A DNA stretch of 64,000 bases from Dicyema japonicum (Eukaryota > Animalia > Dicyemida). The notes under the pieces are model-generated. The model had not been told where the DNA came from. It searched no databases and saw only the letters and a program-made list of their open reading frames with translations. The DNA is taken from contig RDEW01000044.1 in assembly GCA_011109175.1 (NCBI GenBank), positions 9,402 through 73,401 on the forward strand. Direction: 5' to 3'. Below, one piece after another: positions 25,608 through 37,704 of this stretch. How positions within the stretch are numbered: position 1 is the first letter of the stretch; each line of letters opens with the position of its first letter. A program made the position numbers and the translations under genes.

Positions 25608-28493
25608 TTAATAAAGCATTATTTTAAGGAAAATCTAAAATATCAGTAGCAGAAACTCTAATTCCGTCATTAATTTTAATTATAGTAGGATTATCAGGTA
25701 AGGAGAGCACCAGTTCATCCACTTTAGTGAGATATTTAATGACATCACAATACTCATTCAAATAATCTAGATCAGTTGCGTCAACGTAAACTGCACTTAT
25801 AAAACACAAAATACATCTTTTTGGTGTCCTGAATTCCCCTCTGAGAGATCTGACTAACTGAGTGACCTTTATGACGGTTTCCATTCTTCTACATGCTACC
25901 TTGCTATCAAAATTCCACATTTCAGGCCATTTTCTGTAAGCAACGGGTTTGTACGATTCCTTGCCTCCGTGATAAAGCAGCCACTCGCAAATAAATGGAA
26001 TAAAGGGACTCAACAAGACTAAACAGCATTGACTACACCTATAAAGACACTGTTGAATAGACTGAATCTCATCACTGCATACAGTATTGAACCTCCACTT
26101 TGTCGCCTCCTTATTATCAAAGTTATGTGAATAACAACCAAATAAAATCCACACAGTTCATTCAGCCAAAAATTGCGAAGTTGTGACAGAATCAAATGAA
26201 AGTCTCGATTTTCGAAATGAACGTCAAACGAGGCCACAATCTGTGATGTCCGAGAATACATCCACATCTCCATATCCGTTTCAAATCCAGTCAACTAAGC
26301 ATTATAACCAACAATCACAAGTGGAATTGGCAGTGGAGTAAAATCAGGGGACAATTTCATGTTAATAAAGCGAATAGTCTGCCATATTTTATTAAAAAAC
26401 ATGCGCACTGAAGTGAACAAATCTGAGCCTACCTTTACATGTGAGACTAAAATAAGAAAGAAGGAAACCTTTTATTTCATGAGAACACAAAGCAAATCTC
26501 AGAGAATCTGCTCCAACGACAAAATTATTATGCATAGGTCTCTAAGCATAACAAATCACAAACCTCAATAAAATTAAGGGGATCAATGACATTGCCCACA
26601 GACTTACTCATTTTCCTACCCTTTCCGTCACAAACTAATCCGTGAAGCAAAACACCATCAAATGGCATCTTCCCCAATAATAGCAAAGACATGAGCATCA
26701 TACGGGCAACCCAAAAGAAGACGATATCACCACCAGTTTCCAAGAGAGCTTGAGGAAAATATTGATCAAGGTTTGGATTATCTGGCCACCCAAATACAGC
26801 AAATGGAAGAAGAGCAGCAGAAAACCACGTGTCTAGCACATCGCTATCCTGTTCAACTGTTATTGTCTCAGGATTCGAATTAGGGAACATCTGACCAGCG
26901 ATATTGAACGCCTGTTCCTTTGATCTAGAAACAATCCAACTCGAATCAACGCCGTTGGATACTTTGAAGGCTGGAATTCGGTGTCCCCACCACAATTGAC
27001 GAGAAATACACCAATCTGGTGACTTACTCAACCATTCCTTCAATATATTCTCATAAAAGGGGGGAGTAATCCTAGGATTTCCAGATCTTAGTGTTTCGAG
27101 AACTTTTCGATGTCCATCTCGACAATCCATAAACCACTGTTCCATGATGATTTTTTCCAAAACATCTCCAGTTCGACTGCACGTGGGTATTTGATAGGAA
27201 TGATCAACATTTCCAGAATACAAATTTTCCTCTATCAGTCTGTCTACCAGAAGTCGACGAACTTCAAATCGGTTTAATCCCTAATTTTATGAGATAATAA
27301 GCTAAACGTCGAAAGGAGTATCTGTCCCAAAAATATTCCCAGAGTCATCGATAATCCTACTTCCCGGTTTAAGCCCATGTTTGCTGGCTAATTCATAGTC
27401 AACTGGACTGTGATGAGGAGTTATTTTCAGTCCTCCCGATCCAGTCTCTATATCGACGGATATGTCTCCAATAATGGGAAGATTTTGACGCGTGAAAGGG
27501 TGGAAGACAGAACGACCAATAAATCTGTTCCATCGTTGATCGTTTGGGTGCACCGCCACGGCCATGTCTCCCAACATTGTCTCTAGTCGTGTTGTCGAAA
27601 CTGTCAATCGTTCATCTTAACAGTAAAAATGCAAACTACCGGAATCAACAATTGGATAAATAAAGTTGTGAAGGACCCCAAATTGTACTTTATACGGGTA
27701 GTTGGGGACATTCCTAAAACACTCCCCGTCGACTTTCAGGAGATTTACCTAAGACATAGAAAAGATGAGTGCCTCAATATCTGAAACAACTGATTGCAGT
27801 GCAGGACACCAGTTCACGAATCTATTAGATCGATAGATCAAACCCATCTCATAGAGACGAATAAAGGACTCCTCCACCGCGGCAGTCAGATTCTGTCTTA
27901 AATTACGAGACCAACCTTATCCATTGTGAAATATTTGAATCGTTTATCGAATGAGCATCCCAGTTTAGCCAACTGGTTGTAAATCTCCCCTTCTTTGCTA
28001 ATTTTATAATATCACAAAACCTTATCCGCCATTTCTGAACCTCCTGGATAAAACCATTCCTTCCAAGATCAAATCTGTTCACTCCTTTAGATTCTGCCAA
28101 ATGTCGTTCAACAATCGTCTGTGTTGCAATTCCAGCATGGTCACAGCCGGGGACGAACAGAGTTTTCTCCCTTCCTTCAAATCTCTTCCTGCGAACTATG
28201 ATATCCTGCAATGTGCAGCCAAGAGCGTGCCCCATATGAAGATTTCCAGTTACATTTGGCGGTGGCATGCAAATTACAAATTTTTTGCAAGAATCCTCCT
28301 TTTCTATATTGAAATGCCCTGATTTCGTCCACCATTTTGTGAGGACTGGTTCTATTGACAGAGGATCGTATTTAGTATTTAATTGCCCTGAAATTATGTA
28401 AAAGTTACCTTTTTGGCCAAATATTCGCTGGAGGGAATTACCGCATCCCCTTATGACCAATTTAATAATGTTATTTGTTTTTAAATTTCTCAT
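25608..28493 (-). CDS. VARS: Valyl-tRNA synthetase, probably mitochondrial; at least 10 micro-introns
   Basis: [13 protein letters not shown] (HIGH), [49 protein letters not shown]. Introns of 22-29 nt at 27998-28020, 27893-27915, 27749-27772 (GC-AG), 27616-27639, 27281-27307, 26542-26563, 26447-26468, 26295-26318, 26110-26138 and 25635-25656 join the ORFs in frame. Confidence 0.93.
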
Positions 28494-28699
28494 TCTTTAA
28501 AAATATTACAAATTAATTACATTTTATTATTATTAATGAGCTTTGAATTCTCGTTACAACTTCCCACCTGAAAACTAATAAATAGTATTTTTAAGTTTGT
28601 TGTATTATTGTTATTGAGGATTTTGAGGTTTATTTTCTAATTATTATTTATACTCACGCCAATCAAACCCTCACAAAGGGCTTACATAAACTAAATATT

Positions 28700-29110
28700 T
28701 TTTCAACTCTTGTTAAGTGAATTCCTTATATGGACGAATTTATACAAAAACTTTAAGGACACACCATTTCACCGACTGTTATGCGAAAAAGGGTTCCCGC
28801 TACACGTATCTCTTTTTTTGGCAAATGAAAGTCGATCGACTCAGAACTTCTCTTCCACAATCGATTTCCTGTTCAAGAACGAGAGGAGGTGTTCCCTGGA
28901 AACGGTGGGTACAATGGAAGATCATAGACATTACTGGTTGTGGGAATTGGAATTATAGGGGATTACAATGAGCGTTTTATCCTATTTGTTGAAAAATGCG
29001 GCAGAGAAAGGATGGCAAACTTTTTAAAAAGGGATGCTATCATTGACTCGTATGTCGCAGCACAGAATAAACCATAAGAGGGGTTTAAGGCGCAGAGGAG
29101 ATTCAAGCTA
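28700..29110 (+). mobile_element. Possible Merlin/ISXO2-like transposase remnant
   Basis: Weak frameshifted motifs (KVD..RGG..WV; HRINHKRG). Confidence 0.25.
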
Positions 29111-29598
29111 TGGCAGGACTTGAGAAGCCTCAAATTAATATTCTCTCTACTTTCCTTTGTTAATAAAGTTTTTTAAATTTATTACGCCCCTAGTGTTGAA
29201 GTGAGGGTAGAAAACAAATAAGAATCATAAAAACACGTATTCGACATTAGTGAAGGAGAGGTACGTCACCCTTTCAATCAAAAATTTCCAAAGTTTTATT
29301 CTATCCAAAATTATTGCTCCTCTAAATCCGCCTTTGCCCTCGTCAACTCTTTGAGGTCCCATTTGGGAACACGGCGTTCACTAAGTTACTCTCATACTAT
29401 ATGCGGTGCTTTTCATTCACATGCAGATCTGCTCACTCAATTTAGTGATTAAGTTCTTTAAAAGTATTCCATATCCAAGAGCATTTTCCATCTTTATTTG
29501 ATTTAACACCAACATAATAATAAATTCACTCGATTAACTGTAACGTGTTTGTTGTGGTGTTTATACATTCTCTAAAACTTATTACAATATAAGAGCTG

Positions 29599-31830
29599 TT
29601 GATAGGGAAAGACCTAGCAACCTACCCTATATTTAAATGCCAAGAAAATCTTATGAGCAAATTCTCCTACGATCTAATTGGAAGCAACGTTACTGCAAAA
29701 CATCAAATCTCGAGTCTTCGTCACACAGAATCTCACAAGTTCGCAACATGGAACGTAAGAGGCTTAAGCGAAGGGAAACTAGAAGTCGTAAAAAGAGAAA
29801 TGAGAAGGCTTGATATTGACCTGCTTGGAGTAAGCGAACTTCATTGGATTGACAGTGGTTTTTTTCGTTCTGATGATTTCGTCATATATTATTCTGGTAA
29901 CATTAATGCGAAGAGAAACGGAGTGGCCTTCATTGCTTCAAAGAAAATTGCACCTGCTATTGAAAGTCATAGAAAATTTAATGATCGGATAATACTAATC
30001 CACGTCCGTGGACGACCATTGAATATTACGGTCATGCAAGTGTATGCCCCAACATCCATTGCCAAGGATGACGAAATTGACCAATTTTATTATGAATTTC
30101 AAGAAGCACTAAAACTAATACCCAAAAAGGACATAACCTACATAATGGGGGATTTCAATTCAAAAGTTGAATGTATGCCACATACGGATATTGTGGGAAG
30201 TTTTGGTTTGGGGAAAAGAAATGAACCACTAAAACTAATACCCAAAAAGGACATAACCTACATAATGGGGGATTTCAATTCAAAAGTTGAATGTATGCCA
30301 CATACGGATATTGTGGGAAGTTTTGGTTTGGGGAAAAGAAATGATGCTGGGGATCGACTGGTCCAATTCTGTCAGGAAAATGGATTTCAGATAACTAACA
30401 TATGGTTCAAATAGCACAAACGACGATTATACACTTGTACGTCGCCAAATGGAATGTCTAGGAACCAGATTGATTATATTTTGTGCGCCAAACGTTGGAA
30501 AAGCTCTATAACAGCCGTCAAAACATATCCAGGGGCAGACTGTGGAACAGACCATCAGCTACTTGTTGCAAAAATTAGGAAGAAATTCAGAAACACTTGG
30601 AATACCCCCCGAGTAAAAAAATTCGATGTCTCAAACATACCACCAGAATACGCAATGGAAGTTAAGCACAATATTGGATTACTGGATTTGAACGGAAGGA
30701 TGCCTGATGAATTATGGAATGATATGTAGTTGGTTATCAGGAACGCTGCAATAAAACATGTCAAATACAAAACGCCGGCCAAGTGCTCTGAGTGGCTTTC
30801 TGCCAACACCCTAAACATTGCTGAGGCTCGTAAAACTGCTAAAGTCTCTGGGAATATAGACGAGATAAGAAAACTTAATTCTGAATTCAAAAAGGCAGGC
30901 AGGAAGGATAAAGAAGACTACTGAAGGTTACACTGCAAAAAAATGGAAGATGAATATAAGAGAGGTCACACTAGAAATGCGTATTTACAACTAAAAAGAT
31001 TACGAGCCCCCTTTACGAAAATGATGGGCAAAATCAAGGACAAGGATGGTGTAGAACTGCTAAGCCAACAGAACATCCGATATGGTTGGAGAGAATATAC
31101 GGAACGACTATATTCAGAAACTGTGTCCCTGAGATTCAGAGAAGGGAGCGCCGTCTTTGGTTTATTGCTGAATGTCAAGAAGACCAAAATTATGACTGCT
31201 AATAATGGAATAATGGAACTAAAAATTGGGAATGAGAAAATAGAGAGTTGCGATAATGCTTTCTGAGATGTCTAATTAATTAGAATGGTGAGGCTTGGAA
31301 AATTATAGGCGAATTGCAGCCTTCCTGAAATTGAATAGAATTTGGAAAAACAAAGATATTTGCTTAAAGACCAAATGCAGACTGGTTAATGCAATCGTGT
31401 TCACGGTTTGTCTATACGGTGCAGAATCATGGATACTGAAAAGGCGAATAGACGGAAAATTGATGCTTTTGAACTTTGGTGCTAGAGGAGTTTACTAAGA
31501 ATCCCTTTGACTTGCAAAATAACAAACACCGATGTACTCAAACGGGTGGAGACGGACATTTCGCTAAAAGGAAGAATCGTAAAACACAGATTGGCGTTCT
31601 TTTGGCATGTTGTTCGCTCTGATTCCCTGGAAAGAACCATTATGCTGAGCAATATTACTGGGAAGATAAGACCTAGTTTACCGAGGACTCGGTGACTATC
31701 CACGGTAGAAGACGTCACGGGAATGTCTATATCAAGGCTACTCCAAATTGCGACGGATCAGGGAGAGTGGAAAAATTGGCTCATGAGATCTCCAAGGGTC
31801 GGACACGACTTAATTTGGATAACATAACAT
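29599..31830 (+). mobile_element. RTE (BovB-type) LINE, internally deleted (RT core missing)
   Basis: APE: ATWNVRGL..LGVSELHW..QVYAPT..MGDFNSKV..RNQIDYIL..GADCGTDHQLL. The C-terminus joins directly at ~31130. A 5' 'gcaacctaccctatatttaaatgccaagaaaat' motif resembles BovB 5' sequence. Confidence 0.9.
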
Positions 31831-32825
31831 ATAATTATTACGACTGGATTTACGTTATTTTTGAAATCCTTAAGGATCCATGAATATTCCCTTAATTTGT
31901 TTGTAGTATTTTTTTACAATTGTCATCCATTCAAAAGTTATTTTCAGTTCTTTACATTCTAATTTGCACACATTTTTTCAATAATCTTTGGTGCATTAAT
32001 ATTTTTTGTTAACTTATTTGAAGTTGTCTGTACAAAAAAATCTATAGATACCACAGTCTACAAGCCAACTTTGGTTGTTTTCTTGCCGTTTAGCTAGTAT
32101 TCCAGCCAGTCTGTGCAAACTTTTTCTGATTTTTAACTATTTCATTTTTGTGACTAGTTGATTATTCATATTTATTCTGTTCTCTCTTGATTTTCTTTTA
32201 GTGGTGCTGAAACCACAGTTAACGCACTTTTTCAGTTTAGTAACTCGGGAACAATGAATTATTAGGATGATATACGACATTTTTTGTGATTAACACCTTT
32301 GTTACTAGTGGACATATTATAACTTCCTTCTCTTCTCTACCATGAGGAACAAACTCTCATTTTCTCAAACATTTTCGAAATGCAAGGAAAAGCACATGTG
32401 CATGTCAATGGTTATTCACAAGAATTTTTATTTAGATTTTGATTTATAATCGACCGTCTGTTTTCTTACTCTCTTGTTTAAGGTAAGTAGGGTTGTAACT
32501 GATTTTTATAGGCTCGTCAATAGACGAAACCTTTTCCATTATGAAAATTAATACAGGATTTCAAAAAAGCCATATGAGAAAGCTTTGCATGTACACCGGA
32601 GCACTCATATAGAAAATATTTCTTAACTTTTTTCTTGTGGTTTCTGAGGTTAATAATTTAATTAAAACCACAATCCAGAGAGTTATAGACATTCAGTTAA
32701 GAAAGCAGTTTTCTAACTATAATTATTGTTGCTATTGATTAATGTCGGTGTATTATTTAAATCAGTGTTTCTCGGCGAGGGGAGAATTTTATTTGTCCTG
32801 GGGCGATTTTTTAATTATTATCATT

Positions 32826-33890
32826 AAAAAACACTCCCGAGAAAACAAAATTAGTTAATTTTCCCTTGTGTCGTATTCCGAATCTCCGTCTGCCTCGACC
32901 ATGATCTACTGTTGCGCGCTAGTTCTCTTAGGTAGTCTAGGTCGTCTGCTGAAGTCAGTCTCGTATAACGTCGATAGGTCTTCATTCAAGATAGTCAGAA
33001 GTGTCGTTCTTGGCCTTCCACGGAATCCGGCTCCTGTGTGTGCGACATTTGCGGAGACCTGGTCATTTAGACGTAACACGTGGCCAAAGAGGCTCCATTT
33101 TGATTTGAAAATATCATCTGACAGCACGCTGGATTTGTATTTATTATAAAGGTTTGCATTAGAGATTTTCATAGGCCAGTTGATCTTGATTACCGATTTG
33201 AGCTGAGTTCTGTGGAAAGAGTCAAGACTGTCCATTTCCAGCTTAGAAATTCCCCAAGTCCAGGAGTTGTAGGTTATAACAGGGATGACAAAAGCTTTGT
33301 ATATTCTAAGCCTGACGTTTAATCCTATCCTCTTCTTGTGATTCCATATTAACGATATTTTTTTCAGTGCACTCATAGCAAGGATCTTCTTACGAGTAAC
33401 ATCTTCAGAGTTTCCTAGAAGCGAGTCAACCTTTTTTTGCCTTCTCCATGACTCTTCCGATCTCCGATCAGTACGTGTAAGTATTGTAAACTCCATTTTT
33501 TCTGGATTTAAGGATAAGAACCATTTCTAAAATATGTGTGGGAGTACGCTGAGCATGTGCTAAATGTTTGAGTATCCTCAGAAACAAATTCCAGATCGTC
33601 CGCATAAATTATCTCCTCATAGTTGTTTCCAATCAGGGTCCTGAAATCTCTTAGTGTAGCTTCAAGGTAAACAATAAAGAGGCCCGTGGATAGCGAGTCC
33701 CCCTGTGGAACTCCACGTGAAGTCGGAAAAAAGTTGGAGGTACATTTGCCAATTTTGACAGAAAATGAGTGTTCCGCATGAGAAGGCGTATTATTTAACG
33801 TCGTCTGGGTGAAGAAAACTTTTCAGTACTTCCATAAGTTTTCCCCGGTGTACCGAATCGAATGCACGGGGCATATCAATGTCAAGTAAA
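32826..33890 (-). mobile_element. RTE-like LINE, RT core to 3' UTR
   Basis: DMPRAFDSV..GVPQGDSLS..YADD..RLRIYKAFVIPV..SLFGHVLRL..FRGRPRTTL. Confidence 0.9.
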
Positions 33891-33929
33891 AATGATCAAT
33901 AAGCATAAATGATCAATAAATACACTATG

Positions 33930-34955
33930 TATTTTAATAACGGTAAAAATGGAATTTTCATAAACCACTTGTGGAAAAAGAAAACTTATGCATGATGGCT
34001 ATGCGTACATTATGGATAGACAATGTCATATATTAGAGATATGAGCTGAAAGGAAAATGCAAAGGCAGAGTAAGAACTGTTAACGAAGAACGTAATGGAA
34101 CTATGACACCACATGAACATCCACCAAATGCAGGACGTTTACATCACTGAAAACCGTCAATACGATAAAGAAGAGAGCGAGAGATTCTGAAGAAACTACA
34201 TCCACAGTTATCCAAAATTGTTTAAGCACATACCCTATTGATGCTGATTGTGCGCTACCCAAAAAAACCTTTGCACGTACTGTTCGATAAATACAAGACG
34301 ATAATGTTCTTACTGATGAACTTAAAAGTACTCTCAGAGGAGATGATTTTGTGCTACATGATAGTGATGGATTGCTTATATTAACAACAGCAAGAAACCT
34401 TGATCTTATGTCTATGAAAGAACATTGGTTATGTGATGGTATGAACATTGGTTCAGCTCCATTAGGTTTTCAGTTATACACATGTTACATTATGTAAAAC
34501 ATGTACGGTTCCATTAGTGTACGCTATTGCTCGAGAAAAATCTCAAAAGAGAAAAGGCACAATTGAATCCACTATCATTTACCATAGATTATGAGCGAGC
34601 AATGATCAATGCTATCAACAGAATTTTTTAAATGCAAATGTGTATGGCTGCTACTTTCACTTTGGGCAGTGTTTATTGCGAAAAATACAAAATCTAAGAC
34701 TGCAGGTGTGGTATAATGACCCAGCAAATGCAAACTTAATTAAAAGTATTCAAGCACTAGCATTTGTTCCTTTACCTCAAGTCATTGAGGGTTTCCGAGC
34801 GCTCCTTGAAACTATAGATGACGAGACTGATGACATGTTGATAGATTTTCTGACCTATTTTGAGACAACATGGATCGGAGCCTTGCAACGTGGAAGGAGA
34901 AGAAGACCATTGTTTAATTTAGAAATGTGGATTGTACACGACGAACATTTTTAAT
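33930..34955 (+). mobile_element. MULE (Mutator) transposase remnant
   Basis: HWLCDG..PLVYA..IDYERAMINA..YGCYFHFGQCL..IQALAFVP..FLTYFETTWIG. Confidence 0.85.
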
Positions 34956-35089
34956 TAGTGATTTTTTATTAGGAAAGTTATAAATTTTAAGTAAAATTAA
35001 TTATTTTATAGCACCCGTCTAACTCTCGTAATAATAATTCTCGAATCCATTACTCCAGTTCCTTAAAAGTTTGGAAAAACAGTCGACTG

Positions 35090-35547
35090 TATGTTTGCGA
35101 AGGTCGGGAATTTTGTGAGAATAAAAAACAAAAAATGGCACTTGGCAACAATCACAGAATTTATGGCCTCTAAATATGCAATTGCCGACAGGGAAAGCAG
35201 AGGAAATATTTATTTAATAAATTTTATTGCAGAACACTATACTCTATTATGTTCAAATATATAAATGAACCAAATGTCGACCTATCTACTTCCTCAGAAT
35301 GGTTATCCAAGGAAAATAACGGCCCACGGAGCGAAGCATTGTACTGTCTTCTGCAAGATAGGAATTTGTTTTTCGCACACACGGGGTCATTATGCAACCA
35401 TTGCAAAAAAAACAGGAAACTGTAGATCAGTTGGCCACTCAGTGTAGTAAAATACTAAACAGTGATTATCTCCGAAGACATAATGAAGTGGTAAAGTGTA
35501 TCTATCTTCATCTTTGTCGAGTTTATGGAATCAAAAGAAGCAGAAAT
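35090..35547 (+). mobile_element. RLE-type (R4/NeSL-like) fragment
   Basis: SSEWLSKENNGPRSEALYCLLQDRNLFF..; overlaps the 21381+ copy in sequence. Confidence 0.8.
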
Positions 35548-35860
35548 GGGCATAGTGGTTAGGCGTCGGGCTAAAGTGACTTATGTTACGGGTTCGATTC
35601 TCACTGCTGTTCACCTGGTAAAAGGTTCCACGCATCTACGATGCTAAAATGGCTTGACGAGTGACGCCGTCATCAGTGGATACTCACTGCGGAACTAGAT
35701 TGTCTAGAAAGGAACCACACACAAGAAAAAGAAAAAAGAAGTTAAGATCATTCTTTGGTTCTACGATTAGCTAAAATTAACTGTTCTTTACTTAAATAAA
35801 GTGTGTGTCCCTGCCTATGTGGAACTATAAATATTATGTCTCTCGTGAAAAGGCTATTAT
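35548..35860 (+). mobile_element. tRNA-derived SINE (slightly 5' truncated)
   Basis: A box ggcatagtgg, B box ggttcgattc, shared body, A-rich middle and ~110 bp 3' part. Other copies at 45966 (+) and 56478 (-). Confidence 0.8.
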
Positions 35861-35949
35861 ATCTAAAAACTTGTCATTGTCTGCGCCTTATTAGGATTTT
35901 TTCCATTTTCCGACCGATAGCGTAACTTTATATTCATTAACATGGGATA

Positions 35950-36300
35950 AGGGTAAATATATTTTTGGATAAAAGAACATCTTAAAAGTCACAATAAGAT
36001 CGGGTTTTTAGATCCTAAAGACCAAGACGAAGAAGAGCTGTTTCAGGATCTTCTAAATATATTCCTGTAGGGGCCATCAGAACCAGAAATTGCACCAATA
36101 GATAATTTTTATTGAATCCTTAAAAAATTTTTTTATGAAGAGAGAGTAGAAGACCTGATATCTTTGATAATGCCTATCATTACACGGACAATCTCTATGT
36201 TCCATTATCCCTCACTTGTCATTTCTCAATCCGATTGAGAATTTATTCAGTACGTGGAAAAACTACATGTTTCCGAAGGTGTTGAAAATGAGAAAATTAA
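35950..36300 (+). mobile_element. Tc1/IS630-like DDE remnant
   Basis: DNAYHY..SFLNPIENLFSTWKNY. Confidence 0.6.
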
Positions 36301-36359
36301 AAAAAAAAGTTTGTTTTTAACCTTAAAAAATTTAGTAACTCATAGCTCTAATTGTTCAT

Positions 36360-36730
36360 AACAGTTTCGTTAATTATTCTCCTCCAAATAGTCCTGTTTC
36401 TTGCTTTTTCTCTTAAGTAGTCAATGTTTTCAAGTTCTTTCCGATATTTTTCAGTTCCTGGTTAAAAATAAATGGTATTATAGCTCTTGACGTTCTACGG
36501 AATCCTCCTCCGCTTTGCGTGCAGTATGTTTCCATTGCAATATTTGCCGAAATATTTATTTCCATTCGTGATTTCAAAATATCCATCGATAGTTTGTGAT
36601 ATTTGCTACAGTTGTATAGATCCGAGTTCGAGATCTTTACCGGATATCGTATCTTTAGTGCGGCATGGAGCTGGGATCTATAGAAGTTGTACAGTCCCGT
36701 GCAAATGTTACCGCCAGGGTCAAGTAATTC
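36360..36730 (-). mobile_element. RTE-like LINE C-terminal remnant
   Basis: NFYRSQLHAALKIRYPVKISNSDLY..SANIAMETY..GGGFRRTSRAIIPFIFNQEL aligns with the 32906-33496 ORF. Confidence 0.7.
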
Positions 36731-37413
36731 ATAAGATAAGCAAAAAATGTTACTTTTATTTGATAATTTTTATTATTTTAAAAAGCAAATATGCTTTTTA
36801 AATTTTAGCCAACCTAATCAATTTTTTATTTTTTTATTTCATCCCTTAAAAATGGGATTTTTCCACTTTTTATTTTTTTAACGAAAATTAACCCGTGCAT
36901 ATGTTACCGCCAGGGTCAAGTAATTCATAAGATAATCAATTTTTATTTTTTAATGAAAATTAAGCCGTGCATATGTGAATAAAATTGTACGCTTTAGTTG
37001 AGTAGAAACTCTAGTACTTCTGGGTTAGATGAAAATCTGACTCCTGTTAGAGAATATATATTCTTTGGAATATTTTTAATGAAAATTAAGCCGTGCATAT
37101 GTGAATAAAATTGTACGCTTTAGTTGAGTAGAAACTCTAGTACTTCTGGGTTAGATGAAAATCTGACTCCTGTTAGAGAATATATATTCTTTGGAATAAT
37201 TTTAATATACATTCATTATAAAGATCACAGAATTAGTTTTATTCTGATTTACAAAACAGCTACTCGGTCAGACCAGATTCGAGTTAAATGAGATTGTGAA
37301 GGACAGCAAATCCAAGTATATAGTGTCTATATGTTTTTGGGAGAGTAATTATAATTATATTTCCTAGTGCAGTGTTCTGCAGTTTTCGTGTCTTGTAGAC
37401 AACATATATTTAT

Positions 37414-37700
37414 CCCAAACCCGTAACCTAAGCCACTTAAGCCCGACACCTAACCACTATGCCACCCGGCTAAAGAACCATTGAATGATCTTCATTTTTT
37501 TTTCTTTTTGTTAGGTATGTCCTATTTATTAACCCCGGATACACCGAGAAATAAGTTAAAGTAAACAACTAATTAAGTGTATCTAGTTTCAACTTCTACA
37601 GAAACAGAGTCCATCCGGAATCAACATAAAGGGTAAAAGACGTCCATACTTGCAGTTGTGTAAACCCCTCCAGTGGAGTAGGGGTGAGTCCTATGCCAAT
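37414..37700 (-). repeat. Nested repeat X + SINE tail segment + SINE tRNA head
   Basis: Reads X, then 'ggacatacctaacaaaaag..gaagatcattc', then 'agccgggtggcatagtggttagg'. Confidence 0.65.
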
Positions 37701-37704
37701 CATT

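Noticed and set aside
25608-28493. Bacterial origin or horizontal transfer of ValRS
   Set aside because: It has at least 10 spliceosomal introns and a targeting-like N-terminus, and is embedded among animal-type genes.
36487-36801. Plus-strand 104-aa ORF, duplicated at 46905-47219
   Set aside because: It is the antisense shadow of a decayed RTE-like LINE on the minus strand.
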